Positions 15,750-28,746 are shown, numbered from the stretch's first letter. The stretch is DNA of 64,000 bases from Octopus vulgaris (GCA_951406725.2 OX597818.1:87730001-87794000), one strand, 5' to 3'. Notes: generated by a model from the sequence alone, not told the origin. Program-made: numbers and translations.

Positions 15750-16780
15750 GTTATTGCTCAGTTTTATTTCAAGATTTCTTGCCAATAGAGAAAGCGCCGC
15801 TTTCTAACCTAGATCCAAGGCACCTTCATTGGAATTTCAACATCAACAACAGGGTATTTTTGTATGTATGTATGTATGTATGTATGTATGTATGTATGTA
15901 TGTATGTATGTATGTATGTATGTATGTATGTATGTATGTATGTATGTATGTATGTTTGTTTGTATGTATATGTGCAGACTTGTATGTTTTGTTTTATGTA
16001 TGTATTCTCATGCATATAGTTGCATATCTAGACATGCTCATATATGCTTAAATGATAAACTTCTGGAAAATTTTACAGATTTTTACAGTTCCAGTGATGG
16101 ATTGGATATGTAGTCTTGGAACTAGTCTTTTTCTTTCTGGTTCTGAGAAGCCTAATTTCTCAAGAAAGTTATTTAGGCAGTGTGTTACATATTCCAGGGT
16201 CCCAATAATTACAGATATGAACCTGATCTTGTAATCTGGATAGAGTAACTGCAGATTTCTCAATAGTTAAGCGTAGGTTTTCCCTTTTTTTTTACTGAAC
16301 TTCAGCTTTATGTTAACATCCGCTGGGCAGCTAATTTCCACAACTGTGCACAGTTTCTCTTTTCTATCCCAAACCATTATATCTGTTGTGTTTACATTTC
16401 ATTGAGGTCTTCACTGGGACATTCTACCAGTATTCCATTTTATTATGAGTGCGTATGGTTTCTACTATTATGGGTTCTACTATTATGGGTTCTTATTTCT
16501 TTGTCCTCGAAATTATCCTTCCGGCGGATTTTATTATAGAGTGTCTTAGCTACAACATCATGTCTCATCGGTAGATAATACCGTGATGACTTTTTCGGAC
16601 AACTGCTTATGATGTGGGTGATATCTTCAGTGTGAACTCCACAAAGTCTGCATCGGTTGTTACATCTTACGGTTTTTCCTGCATCTCTATCTCTTTTGTG
16701 CATCAAGTACTTGGTTGATACTTCCTGTTCCTGGATTGCAAACGTATACCCTTCAAAGTGGGAGGTAGTAATCCGGTTTA
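15750..16780 (-). pseudogene. R4/Dong-clade LINE 3' portion with complete 3' UTR
   Basis: HFEGYTFAIQEQEVSTKYL, CRLCGVHTEDITHIISSC, RHDVVAK, VEISCPAD, RNLQLLYPDYKIRFISVIIGTL; internal and terminal (CATA)n. Confidence 0.9.
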
Positions 16781-16786
16781 GTAATC

Positions 16787-17202
16787 CGGTGAGCTGGCAG
16801 AAACGTTAGCGCGCCGGGCGAAATGCTTAGCGCTATTTCATCTGCCGCTACGTTCTGAGTTCGAATTCCGCCGAGGTCGACTTTGCCTTTCATCCTTTCG
16901 GGGTCGATAAATTAAGCACTAGTTACGCACTGGGGTCGATGTAATCGACTTAATACCTATGTCTGTCCTTGTTTGTCCCCTCTATGTTTAGCCCCTTGTG
17001 GGTAATAAAGAAATAGGTATTTCATCTGCCGCTACGTTCTGAGTTCGAATTCCGCCGAGGTCGACTTTGCCTTTCATCCTTTCGGGGTCGATTAAATAAG
17101 TACCAATTACGCACTGGGGTCGATATAATCGACTTAATCCGTTTGTCCGTCCTTGTTTATCCTCTCTGTGTTTTTAGCCCCTTGAGTGTAGTAAAGAAAT
17201 AG
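16787..17202 (+). mobile_element. tRNA-SINE family A with Tx1-like tail; full copy plus partial tandem duplicate
   Basis: TGGCAGAAACGTTAG / GAGTTCGAATTCC boxes; 17017-17202 repeats the 3' part of the first copy. Confidence 0.9.
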
Positions 17203-17662
17203 GTTTATGTATGTATGTATGTATGTATGTATGTATGTATGTATGTATGTATGTATGTATGTATGCATGCATGTATGTATGTATGTATATACGGACGTCC
17301 GTACGTATGTATGTATGCATGCATGTATGTATGTATGTATATACGGACGTCCGTACGTATGTATGTATGTATGTATGTATGTATGTATGTATGTATGTAT
17401 GTATGTATGTATGTATGTATGTATGTATGTATGTGTGAATGGTAATCTTGCCACGGACTGGCGTTCCGTTCGTAGGAATGTTGGTCTGCCTACCTAGCCA
17501 GTGGGGTGGCATTATTTGAAAGTGACAAACAAATGTATAACAAACGGTGTATAACAACAGCCGACAGTCTGGTCGATATCGTGATGTGTGAGATTGTCTG
17601 TATATCAGTCCATACACACACACATATATATATTTAAACACTCATGTAAGTATATAAGTATA

Positions 17663-17701
<39 letters not shown>

Positions 17702-17706
17702 ATATG

Positions 17707-17785
<79 letters not shown>

Positions 17786-18299
17786 GTATGTGTGTGTGTG
17801 TGTGTGTATGCCTTTGTGTGTGTCGTCGTGTATACATGCGCATGCGAGTGTCTGAGTTGTGTTGAGTGCATACGCGTATATGTTTGTTTGCTTGTTTGTG
17901 TGTGGAGGTTTATTCATCGAAACAAATTAGTGTCGAGATGCTTTCTGGCTGAAGAGAGTTTGAGGAGGAGATGGTCAAACTGGGATATGTCCATCGTAGC
18001 TTAACCTCTCGTGTCCAACATGTGACCGCGGACTGGCTGTATATATAGCGAATGTCATCTCAAGTGAAGTACTGCAAATGTCAGCTATAAGTTGGCCATC
18101 TGTCGCAGATGGAATCTGGCTTATAACTCCTTTACGTCTATCGATCAGATGCCATTTTCATCCTACAAATGTCGCTGTTTACGTAGCATATTGGCGGCAG
18201 GGAAGCCTCCGCATCACTAGTTATTCTAGAAATAGCAGCCAGTTCTCCCTCAGATCACATAAAATATTGAAGTCATTGATAGAATATCTTTTGTTGTTT

Positions 18300-18790
18300 A
18301 TCTTTCACTTGTTTCAATCAGTTGACTGCGGCCCTGCTGGGGCACGCCATTTAATGAATTTTAATCGAACAAATCTACCCCCAATACATTTTTTGAAGCC
18401 TGGTTTTTATCCTATGGGTCTCTTATGCTGAATCACTAAATTATAGGGACGTAAGCAAACCATCATCGTTGTCAAGCAGTGATACGGATAATAAACACAT
18501 AGACACACACAGGTATATACCTATCGATATATATCTATTTAACTGAACAAATCTACCCGTAATACTTTTTTGAAGTCTGGTATTTATTCTATGGGTCTCT
18601 TATGCTGAATCACTAAATTACAGGGACGTAAACAAACCAACATCGTTGTCAAGCGGTGATACGGATTAAACACATAGACACACATATATATACCTATTGA
18701 TATATATATCTATATACGACCGACTTCAGCGGGATCGAACCCAACGTCACATGGCTGTAAAATGAACTTCTTAACCACACAGACATGTCT
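18300..18790 (-). mobile_element. Diverged SINE family B with internal ~180-bp duplication
   Basis: 18367-18535 repeated at 18546-18715; head at 18730-18785. Confidence 0.65.
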
Positions 18791-18995
18791 ACGCTTTTGT
18801 TTTTGTTTACATTTGTTTTACTGGTTTTAGTCATTGGACTAAGGCCATACTGGAGTATCGCCTTCACATATTTTCAGCTCATCATAAAGGTCCTCGTAGA
18901 TATATCGATCCCCGTTTAGCGAATCGCTTGACAAAATGCTACGTATCTTGACATACGGGTATATAAACAAACACAGACATACACAAACTCACACC

Positions 18996-19049
<54 letters not shown>

Positions 19050-19508
19050 TACACACACGTACATACACACATCTATGCATATATACGTATATGCATACAT
19101 ACACAAATACTCGCACACAGTTAAATGTGCTTGCGCACACATAGCTGACGGATGTTTCTTATAATTACGAAGTGTAAAATTATAAAACAAATTTTTTGAA
19201 CATGAAGTCAAATAAGACTCAATACAAATGTACCTAAACATATATGTGTGCATGTGTGTATGTGTGTGTCTGTGTGTGTCTGTGTGTGTCTGTGTGTATA
19301 TATATAGAACATTTTTCATAAGTTATTACACACAAAACACACAGTATGCGAAATCTTCTTTCTCAAAAGTTTATGACGTTTTGTATTTTTTTTTAAATAT
19401 CGATCTTACGTAGTTAATAACTTTTAGAATGTCTTTCTTTAAATATTGTTGTTAATACATCAAGTATATTTTGCCAAAACTGATGTGTGTATATATAATA
19501 CATATACA

Positions 19509-19544
<36 letters not shown>

Positions 19545-19552
19545 TACATACA

Positions 19553-19602
<50 letters not shown>

Positions 19603-19611
19603 CATACATAC

Positions 19612-19650
<39 letters not shown>

Positions 19651-20219
19651 AATATTTATATAATATTTATATGTATGTATTATGTATGTATGTGTATGTA
19701 TGTAGGTGTAAATGTACGTATGTATGCATAAATATGTAAGTAGACAAGCACACATTCAAACGAGGAGTTAAAAATATATCTCAAAGTGGCTACTAGCATG
19801 AATTTCGATTACAAATTTGACTTGGTCTGATGTTCTGAATGCAGTTAGAGGTAAATTCTTAATTTATTATCATTTCCCTCGCAGGCAGAAAATAAAAAAA
19901 ACATTTTGAAAACGTTTTTTAAAAAAGCAAAAAAAAAAAGAAGAAAAAAAATAGCGGTAATCGTTGGCAAATATTAAGCGAAAAATAAGAATAGGATAAT
20001 TTCGAGAAATTAAAGAATAATTTCATATTTGAATTAAAACCTTTAGGGTATGTCGACAATCTGATCTTATACATGTTAGGGTGCTTGTGTGCGTGGTGGA
20101 GTGCACGTGGTGTTAAGGGAGTTATGCAGAATAAACCTTATTTGGCGTTGCTTAGTAGAATATAGAACTGAAATGTTTCCTTTTACGTAAATCTTTTGGA
20201 GTAGAGAGGTCTTGGGCAT

Positions 20220-20420
20220 TAACAGAAATACTTGGGAAAAAAGAAGACGGAGAAAAAAGACAGCAAGGAAAAACAGCAACGCGAGGACGTGGTATATGCA
20301 AAGTATCAATAAGACGCTGGGAGAAGGAAAGAAAGGGTGTTTTACGTATCGAGAAACAGGAGACAGAGGAAAGTCCAAAAGAAAAGGAAAACGAGGGAAA
20401 AAATCGCCAACAATCCACAT
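20220..20420 (-). mobile_element. Penelope pLTR-like fragment, hammerhead core deleted
   Basis: Reverse complement resembles 45095-45280. Confidence 0.55.
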
Positions 20421-20425
20421 GTAGT

Positions 20426-20476
<51 letters not shown>

Positions 20477-20658
20477 AGTTACACAGTTACATGTATATAT
20501 ATAATTATATATACAAAATTACATAGTTACATGTATACATATAACTTTTCGATGAAACTTTGAGTAACAGCTTTTGTTATATTTCTGCTGTTTTTAAATA
20601 AAGCATATTACTCTATCTCTGGTATTTGAGTACTCTTTTTCCCACCTTGTTTCACAAA

Positions 20659-20845
20659 AGGGAAAGTTTACGAAAATAAACAAAAGACGAAGGCAGGTGG
20701 TGTACAAACAAACAGATGTATTAGCATAGCGCTCAGGAATAGAAAAAGTCTTTTATGTTTCGAGCCTACGCTCTTCTACAGAAAGGTACTCAGAAAAAAC
20801 AAGGAGAGAAAAAAATGTGTGTAGTAGCTAACGACCTATCATGGC
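20659..20845 (-). mobile_element. Penelope pLTR-like fragment with variant minimal hammerhead (20750-20785)
   Basis: Minus: CTTT CTGTAGA A GAGC GTAG GCTC GAAA CATA AAAG; homologous to 48030-48207. Confidence 0.65.
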
Positions 20846-21074
20846 GTCTATTTCCAATAGAAATTATAATTATATATATATATAAATTTATTTTGGCAGC
20901 CGTGAGCAAATATGTACCAACAAGGAGAACTATAACCGCCATTGAATATAGCTGAGGGTGTTGAAAACACCTACATTGCTAGAAATAATAGCTAAACGCT
21001 CTAATGCTGTATTCAAAGTACAAGCATACATGCTGACAGGGGCCGTAATCGCCCGAAAAGCAGCGGTTGAGATA

Positions 21075-21126
21075 TTCCCAGACAGATCGGCCAATTTCGG
21101 CTTTTGCCGTAGCCTCTTCAATGGAA
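21075..21126 (-). ncRNA. Hammerhead-like motif (type I, C3U variant)
   Basis: Minus: TTCCA TTGAAGA GGCT-ACGGCAAA-AGCC GAAA TTGGCCGA TC TG..GGAA; near-palindromic helix III. Confidence 0.5.
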
Positions 21127-21304
21127 GCGGCCCGATTTGGCCGATTCCGGACGATGATTACTCACAGTATATATTTCTAGGCCCTAGAAATCTATGGATG
21201 ATTTAGCGAATCACTAACGTGTATACAAATAATTTATTTCGGCAGTACCAACAAGGAAAACCATAAATGAAAAATAAACGCTCTAATGCTGCAGTCAAAG
21301 TACT

Positions 21305-21613
21305 AGAGCTATGCTCGAAACGTCATACTCTCTCTTTTCACTGAGCTCCAAGATAATACATTCTTTGTTCATGTCCTCTTGTTGCCCGTTAATTCTATTA
21401 TTCATGTTTTTCAATTGATTGTTTATTTGAATACCGCTAACTCTAAAAGGGATTTTTATTATTCTCCCTCTGTATATTTCCTCATGTTCCTTTCTGTTGA
21501 AGAGCATAGGCTCGAAACGTAAAAGACTTTCTCACCTTCCTGAACGTCAAACTAATACACCTGGTTGTTGTTTATACACCTGTCATCGTCTTTTGTTTTT
21601 CTGTAAATTTCAA

Positions 21614-21615
<2 letters not shown>
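21305..21615 (+). mobile_element. Penelope pLTR-like fragment with one partial and one complete minimal hammerhead
   Basis: AGAGCTATGCTCGAAACGTC (21305-21324) and CTTT CTGTTGA A GAGC ATAG GCTC GAAA CGTA AAAG (21490-21525). Confidence 0.65.
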
Positions 21616-21692
<77 letters not shown>

Positions 21693-22114
21693 TGTGTGTG
21701 TGTGTGTATGTGTGTGTATAAGTTTTTTAACGATAAATTATTATTATATGTTAAATACGTTTCAATATAGATGGCTGAAGCAATTAAAAACCAAAAAGGA
21801 AGAATACATAAATAAGGTTGCAAATAGCACCTACAATTGCTAGAAATAAGAGCTAAAAATATATAACTGGAATAGCGACACAAAATCACCAACCACATGA
21901 GATGTTCAAGGGACTGCGAACGGCAAGCCACATCTTTCTCCACCGAGATAAAACTCGCAGAATATAAATATATATAACCGTCATTAAATAGGACTGAGGA
22001 TGTTATAAACACTTACATTACTATATATATATATATAGCACTTACTCCGCATTACCTAACACGTTTGGGTCTTCTTGACACCAATACCTCTCACATACAT
22101 GATACAAACACGCG

Positions 22115-22174
<60 letters not shown>

Positions 22175-22339
22175 TATAAATATTGTTGACATCGTAAGAA
22201 TTTATAAATTTTTAAGGGAACGGGGAATAAATTTTTCGATAATAGGCCAGGAATAATGCATGAAGTTATAAGCGATAACATGCAAGTGTTGGGTTTATAA
22301 ACCATTTCCAATAGAAAAAGTTGAAGGCGTTCCAATATT

Positions 22340-22366
22340 TCTATCTATCTATCCGCCTATCTTTCT

Positions 22367-22439
<73 letters not shown>

Positions 22440-22457
22440 ATATCTATCTATCTATCT
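22340..22457. repeat. (TATC)n microsatellite, left flank of Tx1 insertions
   Basis: Directly visible. Confidence 0.95.
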
Positions 22458-22800
22458 ATGAATGACGAAACCACCCTGAGCATAATCCTATGAACCCTGA
22501 AAAATTTAAAACAGAGTTACTTACTTGCAAATAAATGTGTTAACATGTGACATTATTGACCGAGGTTACCGTGGTCTTTTCTGTAGGCTTTTCGTTCCAC
22601 GGATAAACCTTATCTGTTTCCCCCTTTACGCTTTACATCATGACATTTCTGTGATACACGATCCCTATTGATCGTTTTTTTTTCCTTTTTACGATCCCTT
22701 TTGATCGAAAACCTACCCCACTTTTTTCTTCCCAAAACGGAATGCTCTACTTTATAATTTGTCCCGCCTGTGTTCAGCCCACTGTGGCTAATAAAGAAAC
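22458..22800 (+). mobile_element. 5'-truncated Tx1 sibling (last ORF2 codons plus 3' UTR)
   Basis: Colinear with 28364-28736, ends GGCTAATAAAGAAAC then (TATC)n. Confidence 0.92.
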
Positions 22801-22801
22801 A

Positions 22802-22900
<99 letters not shown>

Positions 22901-22966
22901 GGACGTGCTGTCACTTAGGCTCCGAAGCTAGGAGAAAAAAAGAACGTACGCACGCAAAGAGCAAAC

Positions 22967-24958
22967 ATGAATATCGGTGGGATGAACGCTGCAACCACAT
23001 GTGGTAACAGCCCTGTCACCACCACCACTACCACTAACAACAGCAACCACGAGACTACTACTGGTACCGCCACCACCTCCACCACCACCACCACCACCAC
23101 CACCACTACCACGACCAACATAAATGATAAAAATAAAACTCACACGAAAACTATTGACAAAAACAACAGCAACAACAAGAACAACAATAAAAATGAACTA
23201 TCTAATAGTGAAGATGTTAATACAAAAAGATCAACAACACCAGTAAATTTCGCTGACACTCTTCGCCAGAAGAAGGAGATTGTAACATTTACAAATGAAG
23301 AGCTTATAGAAACAAGAGCTCTCTTTACAACCCGTGGACAAGATTTAGTGCTGCATACACCTCAACACATAAAGCAAGAAATAGAAAATAAGACAATTAT
23401 TTATAAAATTATAACAAACTTCGCCGAGGCGATAAAAGAAAAAAAACAACAATAGTATCGTTTACTGCAAAGCAGATAAAAGACACCAGAGCCCTAATCA
23501 CCAAAGAAAACGGCAAAGTGCAATTTGCACTTACCACAACACGTACTGAATGACGAAAAAAGAGAACGATTATATATAAAATAACAAACAACACAACTAA
23601 AAGTCTAGAAAAAGCAAACACAGACAAAATAGAAAAATGCCTACGCCCCATCTGGGGATACAAAGAGTATGTAACTTGGTCGAACAAGTTTGCCCACGTA
23701 CAGGTAGTTTTTCAAAATGAAGAGTTAGCAAAACAATTCTCAACGCTAACTCTTCATTCAGATGAGCTAACAATGACACCCAGTTACCTTGGCCAGAGGG
23801 TAACAAAAGTCACTATCAATAATGTTCCGCAAATAGCAGACACACTATGGATAACATCCGCCATATGCGTCGAAATGGAGGACATAAACATCCTGCAAAC
23901 AGCTGTTTCGAAACACAAGGACTGGGTAGGAAAGAGACTGGAGATTCTCCTCCACATAAACCAAGACGCCATTAATAAAATTCCCACCCACATACATCTT
24001 GCGGAAGACCACAAGTTGTATGTAGTAGTCGAGGGCAGAAGGCCACGCTGATATACATGCGGCAGTGAAACATACCTCAAAAAGGAGTGCAAATCTGCCA
24101 CGAAACAACGACAACAACAACAGCCGCAGGAAAAAACCACAAAAGCCAGCATTATTGCCCACACCACAGTATGGACGGCTAATCAAGCAGCTATATACAG
24201 AAATGCATGAAAGGCAACAAAGAATGGACCAACCCAACCAAACAACACCACCACCTGCGCCAAGAACAGAATCATCACCACCAACAACAACTAAACCAAT
24301 TCCAACACCGAGAAAAACAACGAAGAAGACAAGCACCAAGGATGTAGAAGAGACAATCACCACACCAAACCCCCCAGCAACACCCCCCCCTCGCACACCA
24401 CAACAATATCTACAACCGCACAAACAGACCCAGATGCTTTGCCCTTACCCCCTTCAGATTCGTCAGACTTTTCATCTAACGATGAAAGTTCGACAGAATG
24501 GCAAATAGCCACCGGGGGTAAAAGAAAAAAGATAAAAAAAAGAAAACAAGAAAACGCAACCAAAACAGGGAAATATCTGAACCCTGAAAGCTCCTTACAC
24601 AACCAAACAAGCACCATCACCACAAAAACACACACAATGCTATCAGCGATAGACACCAAAGACTCAAAACTAATGGAGTACATCACAGCCCACACAAACA
24701 TCTGTGAAGATGACTTCAAAACTAACAACCATCCACGCACTACACCACCCAAACACATCAAAATACTACACATCACACAAACACAACACCACACACTCAA
24801 AGACCTCTTTCCAAATGCGGTTGGGGGGGTGGTTTCCAAAAATAGCTCTCAAAAAAACTGTACAAGACACATCAAAGGACGAGGAAGCCAAAACTTCGAC
24901 ACAAGTAAGTAACTCTCTGTACCTTCCTTTTTGTGTTTTAAAGCACACACTCCAATAG
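22967..24958 (+). pseudogene. Tx1 ORF1 (gag-like nucleic-acid-binding protein), disrupted
   Basis: Thr/Asn-rich N-terminus, VTKVTINNVP, VVVEGRRPR*YTCGSETYLKKEC (broken zinc knuckle), Pro/Thr-rich C-terminus; stops and frameshifts; 3' end uncertain (24912 or 24958). Confidence 0.8.
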
Positions 24959-24962
24959 AATC

Positions 24963-27900
24963 ATGGTCAAGATTGGTTGTGTGAATGCGCGTGGCTTGGG
25001 GTCTTCTTGGAAACAAGGATACCTCCTAAATGACATCAAGTCACACGATTTGGGAATCATAGCCATAAGTGAGACCAGACTCTACGAGCCACGGGCCCTA
25101 AAGTCCATGTTTGGCGGATAGTTTAACATTTACTTTGCTCCCTGTCTGCCGAGGATGGGCGATAGTGGCACCGCGGTACTTTTTCACAAGAGCCTGAATC
25201 TTGAAGTCAAGACGATATTCGTAGACCCGGAGGGTAGACTGGTCGTTCTGGATGTCAACGGCAGCAATGGGTGCGCTTTTCGACTCGTATCAGTCTACGC
25301 ACCGCCTTTAACAGGTCGGCCAGATTTCTTTCGACGTCTAGAAGTATTCCTGGGAACGTCTCGTCCTTTACTTTTAGTGGGGGATTGGAATGCTACTTTG
25401 GACACGCATCTAGACTATGTGGGGAGAGACAAAAACAGAAGGGGATGCAAATGCCTCAGAGACCTGCTCAGACGATTCCAACTGTCTGACAGGTACCGAC
25501 TCGACCACCCAAATGCACCAACGTGGACATGGATCAACCGCAGTGGGTCGTCGAGATCGTATCTAGATAGGATACTGTGTAGGACAGTAGACAGGGATAA
25601 CTTAGGATGTCCACAATTCCACACAGTCAGCTACACGGATCACAAATTAGTGACGTGTACGCTAGACTTAGATAAGGCACATAGACAGGGTCCCGGTTAC
25701 TGGAAACTGAACGCATCTTTCCCGTCCAGACAGGTTTTCAGAGACAGAATCAACACGTTAGTAAAAAGGGCTTTAACGGGAGCCATTGTCAACAACAAAT
25801 GGTGGTTCGCCCTCAAGAGAGCAGTAAAAGCAGTAGCAATTAGATATAGCAAGGCACTAGCCGTAGATAGAAATAGAGTAGAGGGTAAGTTAGTTAAGAA
25901 GTTAGAAGAGGCAATAAGAAGCGGCATCACATCCGACGTTTTAGCGGCGAGGTTGGCCCTTGACCAACACTTCAACGCCAAACACGAAGGGTGTGCTGTC
26001 AGGGCTAGGATGCGTGCTCTAAGGATGGAAGGTGTTGGAGCCGCGAGGGAGGCCCGGGAGGCGGAGGCGCAGCAGGGCAACAAAGCCACCATTCGGTCTC
26101 TGGTAGATGAACAAGGGCGCGAATTGCTCGAGCCCAGCAAGATGTGCGAGGCATTTCAGCGGCACTTTGCCCGACTGTACGGGACGAGTGGTGAGCGTGA
26201 ACGCAGGGTGGACTTCAGTGCCTACCTGCACAGCCTACCACGACTCTCGGCAAGAGAGGCAGAGTGATGCGAAGGTGCCATCACGGCGGCGGATGTGCGG
26301 GACGCAACGGCAGAATGCTCGAGAGACAAATCGCCGGGTTTGAATGGTCTGCCCTACGAATTTTATAATTGCATGCCAGACTTGTTTGGAGACGTCTTGA
26401 CAGCGGTATACTGCAACTGGCAGCAAAACGGGAGCATACCCGGTTTTGTGAGTCGAGGAGCCGTAACGCTGCTGAAGAAAGATCCAAACAAGGGGGACAT
26501 TATAGATAACTTTAGACCAATCACTCTGCTCAATGCAGACCTGAGAATTTTGACCAAGGTGTTAGTCAAGAGGTTGGCGCTTGTCATCGAGAATCTGGTC
26601 GACAAGACACAAACGTGCGCCGTGCCGGGCCGGAGCATCCATGACAACCTCCATCTGATGCGCTACATCATAGACAGAGTAGTTAAGGAACCGGGCATGG
26701 GTGGGGCCCTGATCAATTTGGATCAATCGAAAGCCTTTGATAGGGTAGACCATCGATACTTGGAGGCAGTCCTGAGAGCGGCTGGTTTCGGTACCATCTT
26801 CCGCGGCTGGATAGCTGCCTTGTACAGAGGCATCCGTTCGGTAATTCGCGTAAATGGACATTTATCGAGACCTTTCGACATTGCACGTTCGGTCCGTCAG
26901 GGATGCCCCCTCTCGTCGCTTCTATACGTATTGACTCTCGAGCCACTACTGCGGAAGCTAGCGACTCTGAGGGGCATCCCGCGAGAATGGGGATGCGGGA
27001 CGAGTGTGTCTGCATACACGGACGACGTCACCGTCATAGTGTCTAGCCACGAGCACATCGAGCTGGTCAGCGAGACACTGAAAGACTACGGAGCGGTGAC
27101 AGGAGCAAAAATCAACCGGGAAAAGTCAGTGGGCTTGCGGCTCGGCACATGGAGAAGCAAGCCCATGCTGTCCACCAGTACCTCCATCGTGGGACGCTTG
27201 ACGGACGGCCCGGTTGAGTTGCTCGGGATCTGATTCGGTCCGGACTTCCAAATGGAGAAGAACTGGAACGAGATAACGAGTAGGGTGGTCACTCTCGCCC
27301 GGCAATGGGCCGAGAGAAAATTGTGCCTAAAAGGTCGAGCGGGGGTGGCGAACACGTACATCGCGTCCGTCATCTACTACCGCCTGACTGTTGTACCTTG
27401 TCCCGATCCTACCATCACCAAACTAGAACGCATTCTCTTCCGCTTCTTGTGGAAAGGATGCGTCCCGATGGTCAGGCGATCCATTTGCTGTCAACACCCG
27501 TTAAAAGGAGGGCTGGGCATTCCGTGGTTGATGATGCGCAGACACGCGCTGAAACTGCGACATCTCTGGCTCTATATAGACGACGGTGAACAGGTGTGGT
27601 CGCCGTTTGTGAGGCACGCATTCCCGCAGCTCGTCTCCATGACCGAACTGCAATCGTGGATCAAAAAGAGGCCGAGGAAGGGCGTCTGGCACAGCGAGTG
27701 TCGCGTTGCTCTCAAGCAACTCTGCCGTCCCGGGTCGACCTTGAGTGACTTCAACACAACCAAAGCATTCTATAGGGGATTAGTGGAGGGGAGGTACGAC
27801 GACGATCTTGGGGCAAACCTGGGCGTCGACGAGGAATACCTGACCCGCCTGTTTGAAACGACTTTCGGGCCGGGACCTATGGACAACTTCCAGAGATCCC

Positions 27901-28400
27901 TGGCTTGGCGGTGCTACCGAGAAGCGCTACCCGTTCGGGATAAGCTCTATAGGCATGGCTCGAGAAACACGGGGCCGACCTGCCCGAGATGCGGGCAGAG
28001 CGACGAAACCGTTCTGCACGCAATCGTGCAGTGTCCAACAATTTCCGACCTGTGGGCTTATGTCGAACGACTGCTGTCACGTGTGGGACGTGTCGGTTTA
28101 TCAGCCGAGTCTATCGTTAATATCGTCACGCCTCTTTCCTTCAAACGGGGAGGAAGAGCTATTATTATCATACTTGTGGCTATGGCGAAAGAATGTATCT
28201 GGTGGACGCGCCTGAAAGGATTAGAGACAAACACTTTCCTCTCTGGTCAATCTCTCATCAACTTCTTCAAGTATCACTTGAAGAGGAAAATGAGAGTAGA
28301 GAGGCAATTTTTGTCTAGCGAATGTTTTAAAAAAAAATGGGTGAATGTAGCAAGGATGGCACGTATGAATGACAAAGCCACCTTGACTATGATCCTATGA
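24963..28400 (+). pseudogene. Tx1 ORF2: AP endonuclease, reverse transcriptase, C-terminal CCHC; ~1145 codons with three in-frame stops
   Basis: MVKIGCVNARGL, GDWNA, SYLDRI, TDH; KSPGLNG, FRPITLLNAD, DQSKAFDRVDH, RQGCPLS, YTDD; CPRCGQSDETVLHAIVQC. Stops at 25119, 26265, 27231 all in one frame. Confidence 0.95.
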
Positions 28401-28736
28401 ACCGTAAAAATTAATACGGAAAGTTGCTTATTTGTAAAAAATGTGACTTCATTGACCGAGGTTACCGTGGTCTTTTCCATAGGCTTTTCTTTCCACGGGT
28501 AAACCTCACCTGTCCTCCCCTTTACACTTTATATTGACATTTCTGTGATAACGATCCCTATTGATCGATTTTTTCCTTTTTCTTTTTTTTATTATCCCCC
28601 CCTTTTTTGTCCTCTTACTTTCCTTTTACGATCCCTTTTGATCGAAAACCAAACCCCCTTTCTTATCCCCAAAAGAAAAGCTCTACCTTGTAATTTGTCC
28701 TGTCTGTGTGCAGCCCTGTGTGGCTAATAAAGAAAC

Positions 28737-28746
28737 ATATCTATCC

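Larger units (their letters stand above)
22901..28736 (+). mobile_element. Near full-length Tx1 (L1 group) non-LTR retrotransposon
   Basis: Short 5' UTR, ORF1, ORF2 (APE-RT-CCHC), 3' UTR; flanked on both sides by (TATC)n. Confidence 0.95.

Noticed and set aside
17288-17360. Duplicated palindrome TACGGACGTCCGTA within (TATG)n
   Set aside because: Explained by a local slippage duplication of a mutated repeat unit
25119-27233. Programmed read-through or recoding of ORF2 stops
   Set aside because: Mixed TAG/TGA stops explained by point mutation, and ORF1 is also broken
22458-28736. LTR retrotransposon, because similar ~350-bp sequences flank the ORFs
   Set aside because: The repeats are diverged 3' ends separated from the element by microsatellite; ORF2 is APE-RT with no integrase, PBS or TG..CA ends
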